A stretch of DNA of 63,806 bases, filler included, from Intoshia linei (lineage: Eukaryota > Animalia > Orthonectida): assembly GCA_001642005.1 (NCBI GenBank). It is 6 parts of 6 records of this genome, joined end to end, with 100 filler letters (N's around TTAATTAATTAA, not from the genome) between each part and the next. Parts side by side here need not be neighbours in the genome. Positions count along the whole stretch, not along the records: positions 1 to 22,145 come from LWCA01000607.1; 5 more parts are not named here. The stretch is one strand, 5' to 3'. A program made the translations under genes and the position numbers. Shown here piece after piece: positions 1-12,501 of the stretch (position 1 is its first letter; the number at the start of each line of letters is the position of its first letter). Below the pieces are notes generated by a model that did no database searches, had not been told where the DNA came from, and saw only the letters and a list, made by a program, of their open reading frames with translations.

Positions 1-921
1 TGAATGTTGTTGAATACACTCGTATTATACAATTCACACGTAATGAATGTGTTAAATATTTTATTTACATTTCTTATATTTCTATTAGCAATTATATGGT
101 CCAATTTAGTCTTGTTTATGTCTTCTATGTTTCATGTCAAACTTATAGTGCAATTTACAAATTTAATTGATAAAAAACGTCTAGCGCGAGTAGTAAGGGG
201 TTAACATTAATTAAAATAAAATTAACCTAAAACTTGACCTCTAACAATATTAACCGAGCATATTTATCATAAAGCCACCTTGAAAATTAAGTTGTAGAGG
301 TTTGAGAATTTGATGATATCTTTCGCCGTGATCATCAGACCACGCACCACAATTATAGACAAATGTTTCCAGGTGTGAATGTGATGAATTTTAATGCTTA
401 TGTAGCAACTCTCTTTGGGGAAATACTATATCAAAGTGAGGTAACGGTCGAAAATAAATTTGTATTTACCGATATAGTTGAACAATTTCATATATATAAA
501 ACGCATACTGGGGGACTTGATGTTGAGGTTAATCTAAGAACACGAATATTGTGGTATTCTCTAAATGCTATAAAGGAATAATTGAAAATAATCGTCAATT
601 TAAACTTATTTCATCTCATATCCAAATAACAACTCAATTTTGATTAGTTAATTTTATTTGGGCTATATCTCGGAAACTAGATCTTATTATCTATTAATAT
701 TTTATCAGTCATTATATTATCATTATGAGATCATAATTATATAGATTTGATTAATATCTTTTTTGGAGTGTTGTACTGTGTTATCCACATTGTGTTTTAT
801 CCATTGTATTATTATCGCTTGATTTATTTTTTTTTTTGATTTTTATAATCAAAAATAGCCAATTTACAACTCGATATATTATTATTGAATTCCAAATATT
901 TTTTGTGATTTATTATTTTAG

Positions 922-1251
922 GATTGGGACTTGCTCCAAAAGGTAATATAAGATACGATGACGATGGAGAAATTATATATTATAAGGGTTGTTCAAATCC
1001 TGTTGCAATTCTGAATAATTATGCCCAATGCAATAAGATTCCACCACCTCTTTATAACCAAATTAAAGACGATAGTGTTAAAAAAGGAAACTTTTTATTT
1101 TCAGTAATTTTTATATCTATATTTTCATTTAATTGGTATTTAGGTATTTGTATTTGGTACTATTTTCAAACTCGATGCACCTTCCAAATCTGTAAAAGAC
1201 GCAAAACTTGCTGCGGCTAAAGCAGCTTTAAGATCTTTAAGAATTCATTAA
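922..1251 (+). CDS. 3' exons of a gene ending in a double-stranded RNA-binding domain (dsRBD), possibly SON-like; 5' part not resolved
   Basis: Exon 922-1103, a 40-nt GT-AG intron (1104-1143) and exon 1144-1251 give ...NPVAILNNYAQCNKIPPPLY...FLFSVFVFGTIFKLDAPSKSVKDAKLAAAKAALRSLRIH*. This matches the dsRBD helix1 (PVxxLxxxxQ) and helix2 (KxAKxxAAxxAL) patterns. Confidence 0.75.
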
Positions 1252-2112
1252 TATTCATTTGTAAAATCACCATATAATTAAACTTACATTTTCAATTTAT
1301 TTCGTGTAGACTTCATTGTAGATATATAGTTAATATTCACAACAAATTATTGTATAATTTTTAAAATTTTATTATAAGGATATTGTTTTTAAAACTTATG
1401 TGTCAATGTATACTATACATTCTATAAAACATTTTTAATGAATTCAAATCCTATTTAGTTTTCTCCTCCCTATTTCTAACTAACTGTCGAGAATTGAATA
1501 TTTTTCAATTAACACAATACATTGGAACGAATCTATCCAATAATAATATAAATTGAAAAGTGATTTTTGGCAGTAAAGTCGATAAATTTTGAGATTGAAC
1601 TTTCTGTATATGCACTGCAAAAACTATCCGATCCTATATTTTTGATAAATTCAACAAATTTAAAAATTGTATATTTTTAAATTAAGGCACGAAGTTTCCT
1701 AAATAAATGGTTACACGTAGCCAAGGGGTCGTTATTGCATCTTTTACATCTTGGGGCCTCGTTTTTGAAAATTTAAACGATACATTTTAATTTTAACACA
1801 AAAAAAACGGTTCTAGTATATTCAACAAAATATGATGATATTGTTGGGTCGATGTGAAAATTCAGCATTAATAATCTAAGAATACATTAAGTTAAACAAG
1901 TGACATGATTAAATGACAAACCAAATCAAACTTGAAATTTCAGAATTCGATTAATAAATGATACAATCTAAATGACATTTTGCAGATAACATTTTATATA
2001 AAATCGTTTGAAATTTTTATTTTAAAAATATATAATTAAAAGTATGAAATTGACAGTAACTATAGACTTTTGAACATGACAGGTGAGATGTAAATAAGAT
2101 GTAAAAAGCCAA

Positions 2113-4422
2113 TTAGAGTAATTCGAAAGCATTGACTCTCGTTTGTGTATTTCCCCGTCTTATTTTAGCAAGAGTTTTAAATTTCATACCACCAGACGCT
2201 TCATTTAGGTAAGCATCAATAGCAGTTACTTTGTCGTGAATTCGTACTTTGTCAAGTTCTTCTTTAAGGTCTTTCATTTTTTCTTCCATACACCTGTTTC
2301 TGATTGCCATATCTTCAATATTCTGTGCTTCCTCGTCAGCAGTCGTAACACCATTGACCTTTAGTTCAACATTATCATCTTCCTCGTCTTTGGTGTGTCC
2401 ATTTTCTTCAATTTTATTTTCTGCCTCCAAAATTTCTTTTTCTAATTTCAATTTTGCCGCTTCCTTTTCAGCTTCTTCTCGTAATTTTAATTCCCTTAAT
2501 TTGTTTTCGTTGGCTTCATTTTCCATTTTCAGTTTTTCCAATTCTTCAATCAGTTGTTTTTTGTCAATTTCAGCATTTTGTAATTGTTCATTGTTGTTTT
2601 GAACAGTTTTATTCGCCAATTGCAATTCTTGTTGTAATCCATCTGCAGTTTCTTTAATGTGTATTTCACTAATTTCCTTTTCCTTCATTTTTTTCGAAAT
2701 TTCTTCATTTTCTCGATTCTAATTAAAAATTTAAATAAGATTTTAAAATTATACAAAACCTTGGCTTCCTTTTCTTTGATGGCCTGGTCATACTCTACTT
2801 GAATTAAATCCAATTTTTCTTTCGATAATTTAGATTGTTCCAATTCTGCAGCTAGACGCAATCTATTTTCTTCAATATCCAAATTTTCTTGATTTTTTTG
2901 TTTTATTAATCGTTCTTGTTCTTCTACTTTTTGTCGCAAAAGTTCAGCCTTCTTTTCAATTTCAATACGTTTATTCTTTTCTTGGAGCATTAATTTACTA
3001 GAAAAATGAACATTTTAAATCTTTAAAAATACTTTTTTAATTTAATTTCTCTAAGTCTTTGTGCAGCTTCTTTCAACCCTGCTTCCGTTTCAGAGGTGTC
3101 TTTTCTTCGATTAACGTAATTTAAATGATTGCTATGTATTACATTAACAGCAGATCTGGCTAGATTTGAACTTTTCAATGAAATCCTAAACTAAAAAATG
3201 TAATTAAAATTAATTCAAAGTACCTTGTCTCTTTCAGACGTACTGGATAATGTGTCTAATGTAATATAACTATCTGATCGTACAACCTTGGCAACTTCTG
3301 ACCATGGAAAACCAACTTTTGGGCATATCCTAGAAATAGAAATATTGGTAATAAATATAAAAATTACTTGTCATTTCTTTCGTAAATGTTTATTCCTAGG
3401 GCGTCTACACCGAGGTACAATTCAGATTTTTTAGCGTTTTGCACTTCAAAGTACGTGACACCATACATTTCGGCATCTTCCATTACTCGAATGTAATGCA
3501 TATGGGCTTCTTCGCTAAAAAATAATTTTCAATTAATTTATGTAAATATTACCGAACTAATCCAACTGCTTCAATGTGCATTCTTGAAATAGTTGTAGTC
3601 CATTCGTCTTCAGTCAATTTGACTTGATCCAAGCACCTTTTTGGGATCAGTTCATCTACGACAATCTTGTAATTTTCCGATTCATAATCTCCTCGTCTAG
3701 AAAGAATTATTTACACTTATAATGCCTTACTCGGCTTGAAGAGCATATCCTGCTAGCATAATGGCTAAATGGGTCGACACGTGTATCCTGTCATTGATTA
3801 CATCATTTTGAATTTGAAGAAGCAAAGATTCCTAAAAATGTAAAAATAGAAACAAAACCTAAATATGGAAGTTCGAAAACGTAAAACAAATAAAACATTG
3901 CAACCCAAAATAAATAAACTGTAAAGGTTTAAATAAAAATTACTAGGGATTCTGGGGTGTAGAGTTCGTTCATTGCATCTTCAGGGAATGTTTGGAATAT
4001 GAAATTCAACAAAATGTTATTGGAATCTTTGTACTTGTGATTCAGCACCTTATTTCGTAATTTCATCCAGATTTTGTCACCATGATTATCTTCGTAAAGA
4101 AACCCAAAAAAGTGATGTTCTTTGATGCCAACGGTACGACATACCTGGGCCAATAAAGCATTTCCCGTAGTTTTGGAATTTATTGACATTGTAATTTGTT
4201 TACTGATGGTTTTTACCACAATGTTTTTGGTCTAGTGATAATAATTATTGTAATAATAAAACGACCTTGCTTCCAGAAAAAATAAATAAAGGACAACAGA
4301 TATTTATGCATTAAATAAAAATTAATAAAACTAAACAAAAATCAATGCCTACATAATACATAATTAATGTATGCAATACTTTCTCCGCTAGATCGATAAT
4401 AATTAAATACCTTTTTAGCCAT
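2113..4422 (-). CDS. Ezrin/radixin/moesin (ERM) family protein, multi-exon
   Basis: First exon MAKK (4422-4411), then FERM N-terminus (TTGNALLAQVCRTVGIKEHHFFGFLY), FERM-C (MYGVTYFEVQNAKKSELYLGVDALGINIY; PKVGFPWSE), a coiled coil and a C-ERMAD tail KFKTLAKIRRGNTQTRVNAFELL* with the regulatory Thr. Confidence 0.93.
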
Positions 4423-4935
4423 TTGGAGTGATTATCAAGATATCTAAACAATTGACTTAAATTTCAAATATACGATGGTTTCAAATAAATACAAAATATA
4501 AATAAACAAAGATACCAAATTAGCGCAAATTATTGATTGGAATGCACCTTAACTTTAGTCAATTGAAATTAACAATAGCTTAATAAATTATTTTCAATGT
4601 GAGCGATGACTCAGTGAATGTAAATACAAAAAACTTTAGTATCTCTATCAATAACAAGTTTAGTTTTTAAGTTAACCCATTTTATATCTGTATCCATGTT
4701 TATTGTTTATCTACTCACATAAATACATTCGTGAGATGACAATATCAGTGACTGAAACAAATATAGAATATCAAATTTCGACACCTTGTGACTCTTTTGA
4801 AATGTATAGATTATATTTAATACATTACCTCAATTTGTAAAATTGTCTGAAACTATAAAATTGTTCTATAAATATTTATTTAAACTACATAAATATTAGA
4901 TTCTAGGTGGAAATTGTATTTTTACAAGTATAAGG

Positions 4936-7900
4936 TTATATTTCTGAACGAGCTTTCATTATATGGGCAGATAAATCTTCTAATGTGGCAATGTTGAAAT
5001 ATTCGTGTTTTAAGAGTTCTTTGCAGTCGGCACGTTTTTCTGAGTCTACTTCTAGGCAAATATCTAATACGTCTGTCAGCTCGGGACTCGTTTCTTGAGG
5101 GTTTTTTAATTTTGGTTTTCCGTTGGCAGCAATAAGGTATAACGCTCTCAATGGAGTTTCATTTAAATATGGCGGCTGACTTTCAATCATTTCAATTATC
5201 ATTATTCCTAAACTCCAAATGTCTATTTTTAATCCATAGTCTTTTCTAAGTTTCAGTTTATACAATATTTTTATTAAATTACCGTGTTACCACTTCTGGT
5301 GCCATCCAATATGGAGCTAAATTTAATTCAATTTAAATCAATAATATAAATAAAGATCAAGTTATATAAGACTCGAATCTTACGTTTTTACTTACAGTTG
5401 CGGGTGTGCAGAGTCGAATCTATCCAGCTCGAGGTCACCCCAAAATGAATAAGTAGTCCTAGTCACCTCTAAGGCTCTTGACTTGACAATGTGAATTTAA
5501 CAAATTTAAATTTTTGTTGATAAAATACTAAAATGTGTTTTTGACTGGGAAGGGGCCAATTTCTCAGGTCGAAATTCTAGACTCTAGATTCTAAAATATA
5601 GGCACTTAATCGTTGCTTATACAAATACAATGTACATTGCACAACTATATATAAAGTAATTTAGCTAAAAATATATATCTGTCTATTTGTTACCATTTAT
5701 TGAAGGAAGTAAGAGGCGTAGAGATTTAAACCCCAATTTTTAACAGAGTTTTTCGAGATTGAGGTTCTATCGCTAATGTCATTTTCCAAAAATTGAGTCT
5801 TTCAAGGATTAAAACCACAATTATCAGTTTTTTTTTATAAATCAAACGCATCCCAGAAGTATAAAAATACACAATCTGATTTTAAAATCATCAATATTAT
5901 ATTACGTTTAAAATTTCAAAATCTTATATCCTCACTCTTCAATATTAGATAAAAATAAAAATCCGCATCAGCGTATATATTTTTTTAAATTCTCCAACTC
6001 GTTTAATTTTCAAAAGGAGGGAAAACATGGGTTTTTGACCCGTAAGATGTGAAATTGGGAAGTTGAAATTTATCTTATTATACGTCCCGGAAAAAACTGT
6101 AAATGTGGTCTTTAAAAAATTTTAAGAATGGTAGTTATTTCAATGAAATGTAACACACAAACAAAAATAGCGTATCCTTTTATATAAGTTAAAATAAATT
6201 CTGGGATGGTTTTTATATTCATAACCATTATTATAAATGGTAACTTTAAAAAATTAATTTTCACGGTCAAAAACCCAGATTACCCTTTTTTTTAAAAATT
6301 AAAATAGCCCTAGAATTTTCAAAAAAATTACAGATGATTCAGTTATATCCAGTTAATACACAAAAAATTTCAATCTGATAAAGCGACACCTTCATGGTCA
6401 AAAAGCAATTTAATATTTATTTTTTTTATTTCAAAACTATTTTATTACAAAAACAAAATATTTGAAATAATTAACGGTCGTACAATTAAAAAACGATTAT
6501 TCTGATACAGATTATTCCAGTTGATATAAATACAAAATTTTAACCCCATAAATCCACGAATTCCCGGTCAAAAATAACTTTTAATATATTATCAACCAAT
6601 ATTGTTCTAATTTTTAGATTGAAATTAAAAATTCATCCTACAATTTCAAAAAAAATGGGAATTCTACGGGCACCGTTTTTGAAATTTTACACATAATAAA
6701 GTTCAATTTTAACTGAAGAGAAATGGTTCTATACTTTTTTAATTTCAAAATGAGAATAATAATTATTTAATTTATTATTATTTACATTTTGAAGTTTACT
6801 ATTCTCATTATGAAATTAAAAAGGTATAGTATATTCAACAAAATAATATTCAGGGCGATCTGGAAATTCAGAGTTAAAATGTCTAAAATGATACAATTAT
6901 GATAGAAAAGTGTTTAAAAGTTAAAAAATTTAAAAATAAATAATTTAAATATTTACTCAAAGAGCCACAAAAATTATTCTGTAAGCCACTGGTTGCCAAG
7001 CCCTGATCTATTGCTATGTTGGTAATATTCACCCGAAAATTTTTTTTAAATTTGCTGAATCCTTTATTTATTGACATTATATTTTGACTTATCGAAATCA
7101 GATAGTGAATATATTTCTTATTTTTATATTTACTTATTATCAGGGATTGGAAATAATTGATTGCAATCAATTATTTTGTATAAACCAATTAATTGTTTGC
7201 TAAATATTAATTGGTTTTTTTCATATAACTGAAAAAATATAAATTGAATATTTTTATTGACAAATGGTTAAATGAAAGAATTAATTAATGAACAGAAAAA
7301 TGATGTATTTAACCTACTAACTTGACTTTTATGTACTTGGAACAAACAGCATCATAGTATTCATTATAACCACATTACAGTTTTTTAAAAATGATTATAT
7401 TGTTATCAATCTTCAATTAATTGCAATTAAATTGGTTGCAATCAATTAATTCTAATCCCTGCTTATTATTATCAACACTATTATTATTGTTATCAATTAA
7501 TTTATTATCTTAAAATAAATAATTTACTTCCAACCTAATAAATAGAGTTAGTTGTTGATTATAATGGTGCACATTTTACAAATGTTATCTACATTATCCA
7601 GTATAATGTGAACTGTTCTAACATGATTTTCACTAATAATTCTATAATTTTATTTATGCTGACAATTCATTTATTTAAATTATAGAAAATCTCATTAATT
7701 CTAGGATATGACTGAACCAAGTTGTTCAGAGTATAGTTTATTTGAATATTATAAGGGTTTTGTTCCTCTACAAAAAATTATTAATTAAAACAAACTATCA
7801 ATTTGTTAGTTGATACTTTGTGAAATTTGCGTAAATTGGTAAATAATACAAGATAATCGCTCAATAAACATGGTAGACTCTATATTTGAAATCTGGGACC

Positions 7901-9413
7901 AGTTCCACTTTACACGTCACTGTATCAATAATACCATTGTGTTTCGTTTGTCACTTTCCAGTTGCATTTTTGCACAGAATCCAAAATCAGTCAATTTTAC
8001 TTCTCGATCATGTCCCAATAATACATTGTCACTTTTTATATCTCTACATTTTTTATTTTAATACAATTATAAATATTAAAATTATAATTATGTAAAAAGT
8101 TTTCACTAAAAACATAAAACCAATGATACTTTTTTAAAGTTATATTCAAATTAATAAATTTCAAAATGAAGCCCATTTCACTGTAAATCCCAGTCGAATA
8201 CAAGGCTTTAATTTAAATTAAAAATATAAATAAACCAATAATACAAACCTGTGTATGAAATGACGTTCATGCAAAAAATTGAGACCTTGTATACATTCAA
8301 GAGTAATTCCAGCAATAATGGGTTCACCCAATACCGTCTCAGTTACAATTTCTGTTAAAGCTCCTAAACAATACTATAAACCTGCAAAGTTAAAATGTAA
8401 CCTCCTTCAAGGTATTCCATTATAATGTATAAAGTATGGTTAATTAAAAAGCTGTCTAAAAAGTTGACCAAGTTTTTATGACCCAATTGCATATGTTGTT
8501 TCATAACTTCTAATTCTGTTATAATTAATTCTTTTTTAGGTTGATGGTTCAAATCCATGCGTTTTACGGCCACAAGGCTTTGATCTACTTTATCTATTGC
8601 TTCATAAACAGTACCTGATGCCCTAGTTGATTATGTCACATTTTATACAAAATTTATTAAAATAAATGAAATTAACTTACCCTGAGCCAACATTCTTCTG
8701 TAAGATGTATCTTTCATTTGGGTCTCCTTTAGAAACAAATTTTGCTAAATGAGAATAAAATTAAATACATTTAAATTGACAAATAAAAAATATTAATTAA
8801 TTATAATAAATCACATAATTCTGCATAAATTTCTTCATCTGTGAGTTTATGCTTAATGTTCCGTTTGCGAGCCTTATTTTGTTTGGCTACTAGGTTCTCC
8901 TTTTTCTCCATAATAACTTTCTCTTTGTTTGATTCAACAGCTTTTGAACCCACCTAATCGTAAATGTATCAAAATATTAAAATAAAACATCATCGTAGCC
9001 GTCTGAAGAATTATTGTCCTCATTGGCACCAGAATCGTCACTGAGTCTATCCACCGTTAAAAATTTATCGTCCAATTGTTGTGTTTCTTTAAACGTCTTT
9101 ACAGCATTAATAACGGCCTCAGGGTTTTCCTTTTGATCATTTAAACTAGGGAAATGTTTAAAAATATCTAAATTAATAAAATATAAATTATACGATATAT
9201 TTTGTGTGTTTATAAGTTGTTTCCATGTATCTGGAATCCCCTGAATTTCTCCGTTTTCGGTTACAACGTGAACAACATGCTCAACTAAAATGAATTATTC
9301 ATTATGCCAAATTTAATGCTACCTTCTCGAGGGGTTCCAAAAATAAAATCATCCGGGTTGCGACTTTTTTTAGTTTTTCGGCGTAATCTAGACAAAAGGT
9401 GCCTCAATGACAT
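4936..9413 (-). CDS. PAK: p21-activated kinase (group I PAK, STE20 family), multi-exon
   Basis: ATG at 9413; CRIB-like FGTPRE..EHVVHV..GIPDTW; kinase motifs [99 protein letters not shown]. Confidence 0.96.
5955..6700. mobile_element. Fragments of the multicopy non-autonomous Helitron family (two orientations)
   Basis: Shares diagnostic blocks (TTTTGACCCGTAAGATGTGA..GGGA(A/G)GTTGAAATTTA; CCAGTTGATATAAATACAAAATTT) with the full copy at 27653-28973. Confidence 0.7.
7141..7461. mobile_element. hAT-type MITE in a PAK intron
   Basis: TIRs CAGGGATT.../...AATCCCTG with inverted subterminal TTGCAATCAATT motifs; perfect 8-bp TSD CTTATTAT (7133-7140, 7462-7469). Confidence 0.88.
7528..7534 (-). CDS. 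PAK: 7-nt microexon of the PAK gene (GTT GGA A = Val-Gly plus first base of Thr)
   Basis: Minus strand reads tattag|GTTGGAA|gtaaat. It supplies exactly the bases missing between the exon ending ...ACA ATG (7935) and the exon starting CT CCA TAT TGG (5316). Confidence 0.88.
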
Positions 9414-10229
9414 TTTTATATATCTAAAGGTCATTTTCAGTAAATATGTCAAAGGTTAACTTTTATTTACAATTTAAGATTTTAATGGAATATATTTATA
9501 CTTTACAGATATAAAATACCTTTATATGTTAACATGAAATATTACCTTGTTTATTTTATAAAATTTTCAATTATTTTAGGTTCATAAGATGCAATACATT
9601 TTTATTATACTTAAGTTATGATTATTATAAATACGGTTGCATGTGTACACAACTAAATCAACATCAAATCTTGGTTATACATGTAAAATGCGTTTGGATA
9701 ATTTCTTCAACTTGAATTTAACTGGAATTTTATTTATTTTTAGCGAAAATTTATTTTAATTCACCAAAATTATTTCATTTTGTTTTTACTTTAATTTTAA
9801 TTTTAAATTTTATTATATAGATATAATACCTGCATTTATTTACTATTCAACTAGAATACTATCTAATTAATGGTTTATTACCAAATTGGGTATGAATTAC
9901 AGTCATTAATCAAATAATGTATTATTTTTATTATACATCAAATTGAAAATCAATATTGGTACCCATGAAACACGGGTATATGTTTCAAATAATTTAAGTA
10001 TCAAACTTCTGGGAAATATTGTATAATGTACATGCAAATAAACACAGATGAACATTGTTCTGTTTATTTGCTCATTGAGCACTGGTATTTTTACGAAATT
10101 ACAAATTACCAAATAATTTTGCACTTTCATCGTGGCTGGTATAGAGATGGGTAAGATCTGATGTACGTAACTATTTCCCAACATGTCGGATATCTCGAAT
10201 TGTATAAAGTTGAAGTTGCTAAAAATTTG

Positions 10230-10556
10230 TATCTTCACCGTTAAAACCAATTTGTGGTTTTGGCCCTGAAGATATAATTATTTTAAATTGAAATTTATAA
10301 TAATGTTTATGATTTTAAAATTCGTATCAGCGTATATATTTTTTTAAATTCTCAAACTCGTTTGATTTTCAAAAAAAAGGACAATTGAGGTTTTTGACCC
10401 GTAAGATGTGAGTTTGGGAAGTTGAAATTTATTTTGCGAATACCCCGAAAAAACTGTAATTGAAATGTGGACTTTATAAAATTCTAAGACGGGTAGTTAT
10501 TTAAATAAAGTAGAACACACAAACAAAAATCGCGTAGCATATTATATAAGTAAGGA
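10230..10556 (-). mobile_element. 5' part of a Helitron-family copy
   Basis: Minus-strand 5' end A|TCCTTACTTATATAATATGCTACGCG..TTTGTTTGTGTG; body homologous to 28670-28973. Confidence 0.75.
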
Positions 10557-10563
10557 TTTATTG

Positions 10564-11126
10564 TAGTGGTTCTCAACCCGTGTTCCGCAGAACCCAGGGG
10601 TACCGCGAAATTTAATTGGGGTTCCGTGAAATATAAATGCGATATTTTTCAATTTAAAGTTTTTCTAAACTATTGTTGTATGCAATGAAACAACATTTCT
10701 CAAATTTAAATCAATTAAGTGTTAATAAAAGTATTATACATTGTGACTCACAACTTATGAGTATGGGAACCTGAAAAATGATGTTAAAAAGTATTAATAA
10801 TTCAGATTATCTTTATGAGAAATATTGTAAAGAAGGTAGGTTTTTACTGGCCCAACTCCCTTTAAATAAGTTACTTACCTCTTTATAATGATATTTAACT
10901 AAAAAGTTATCTCTCAACGGTCCTGGATGCTTACATTTATCATTGAGAAGGAAAAATAAATTTCTTTAATAAAAAATTTGTTTTCAATATTAGAAGCGTA
11001 ATTTTTTAATTAATTATCAAATTGTTTTATACATGCGAAAAAAAATTTTTCATCATGTTTTTAGGTGCCGCGATTTTTTGAAATTTCATAAGGGTTTCGC
11101 GCAGTAAAAAAGGTTGAGAAACACTG
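10564..11126. mobile_element. hAT (Buster/Charlie-like) MITE
   Basis: TIRs TAGTGGTTCTCAACC / GGTTGAGAAACACTG; perfect 8-bp TSD ATTTATTG with central TA. Confidence 0.88.
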
Positions 11127-11887
11127 ATTTATTGAGCTATGATACATACGTAATGAATTTTTACATTTTTGAAAAAAATACAGTAATAGTAATTGTTTAC
11201 AATCAATAGTAGAAAGGAATTGAAATCGTAAATAATTTAAAATTTGGCGATTCCTTGGAATCGTCGCATCACTAGTTAGGAGCATGAACAATGGTTATTA
11301 AACATGTGAAACTGACATTGTTAGTGTTATGAATCATAACTTATGATGGTAACTTTTTTGAATCAGTTAGCAGTACCCTCCCAAATGCAATTATTGACAT
11401 TAGTATATTTACCTTAACATTAATGTAAAGTTTTTCGAAATAATGGGTAATTTATGGTTTCGGCTGTCAAAAAATTTTTTAATTTAATTTATGATAAGGT
11501 CTCATGATTTAAAAATCTGCACTAAAATGTATGTTTTTTGAAATTCTAAGATTCCTTTCATTTTTAAAAACAAAGTTAATTTGGGATTTGACCGTTCTAG
11601 TTCCAATTTGCAGTTTATCTTAATATCTGCGCTTAAAATTGAGTTGGTTAGAGGTAATTTGACGTGCATGGCTCTACGACGTAAGGTTTCATTCCAATAA
11701 TTTGAAAAGTTTAAAATTATGTATTAATAATTTAAAAGTGACAATTTTGAGTGTTTACTGTGCTAGTAGACCAAATTTGTAGGTTGATATAAAATGTGTT
11801 TATTATAAATACCAACAATCAAAACATTAGATAAATTTAAGACACGTTTATTTTAAACATAATATTAAAAACTTTATTTAACGAATA

Positions 11888-12478
11888 ATGTTGATAAAAT
11901 TTATAATTTTCCAACTTTTGTTTTATGGTTCAAATGCCTATTTCATGGAAATTTTACCTCACACAGAAGATTGTTATTTCGATACCATTGAAAAGATAAA
12001 TACTCGCATGACTTTGACGTTTGAAGTAATCGAAGGTGGCTTTTTGGATATTGATGTTAAAATTACTGGAAGTGACGGTGCAGTCATTTACGAAGGATTA
12101 CGTGAAACGAATGGTAAATATACATACTCTGCCAGCTCACCAGGTGACTATAAATACTGTTTCGGTAATAGAATGTCTACAATGACACCGAAAGTAATTA
12201 TATTTAAAAATGAAATCACCGAACCCACCCAAGATGATAATTCAGACCGAGCCGATAGAGTCAATACAATGCTAGATGTTTTACATGAAAAACTAATTAG
12301 TATCAAACGCGATCAAGAATATTTGGGAGCCCGTGAAAAAGTCCATCACCGTCTTAACGATAACACCAACCACAGAGTTTCCATATGGGCAATATTTGAA
12401 GCTTTACTGTTAATATCTATGACTATTGGACAAATATATTATCTTAAAAAGTTTTTTGAAGTGCGAAGAGTGGTATAA
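11888..12478 (+). CDS. TMED2: Transmembrane emp24 domain protein 2 (p24-beta), intronless CDS
   Basis: Signal peptide, GOLD domain (LTFEVIEGGFLDIDVKITG; YKYCFGNRMSTMTPKVI), coiled coil, TM helix and C-terminal YYLKKFFEVRRVV typical of p24-beta. Confidence 0.96.
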   Translation: MLIKFIIFQLLFYGSNAYFMEILPHTEDCYFDTIEKINTRMTLTFEVIEGGFLDIDVKITGSDGAVIYEGLRETNGKYTYSASSPGDYKYCFGNRMSTMTPKVIIFKNEITEPTQDDNSDRADRVNTMLDVLHEKLISIKRDQEYLGAREKVHHRLNDNTNHRVSIWAIFEALLLISMTIGQIYYLKKFFEVRRVV

Positions 12479-12501
12479 TTATATTATTAAACAATTTATA
12501 T

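Noticed and set aside
298-581. Possible upstream exons of the dsRBD gene (including ORF 363-581)
   Set aside because: Splice-like signals exist but no frame-consistent, recognisable model could be built.
2249-2657. Plus-strand ORFs opposite ERM (and similar antisense ORFs at 15520, 24865, 36744, 63124)
   Set aside because: Antisense shadows of real coding exons.
11888-12478. Intronless TMED2 as a processed pseudogene
   Set aside because: ORF intact with all motifs, and no poly(A) remnant or TSD; intron loss is the simpler explanation.
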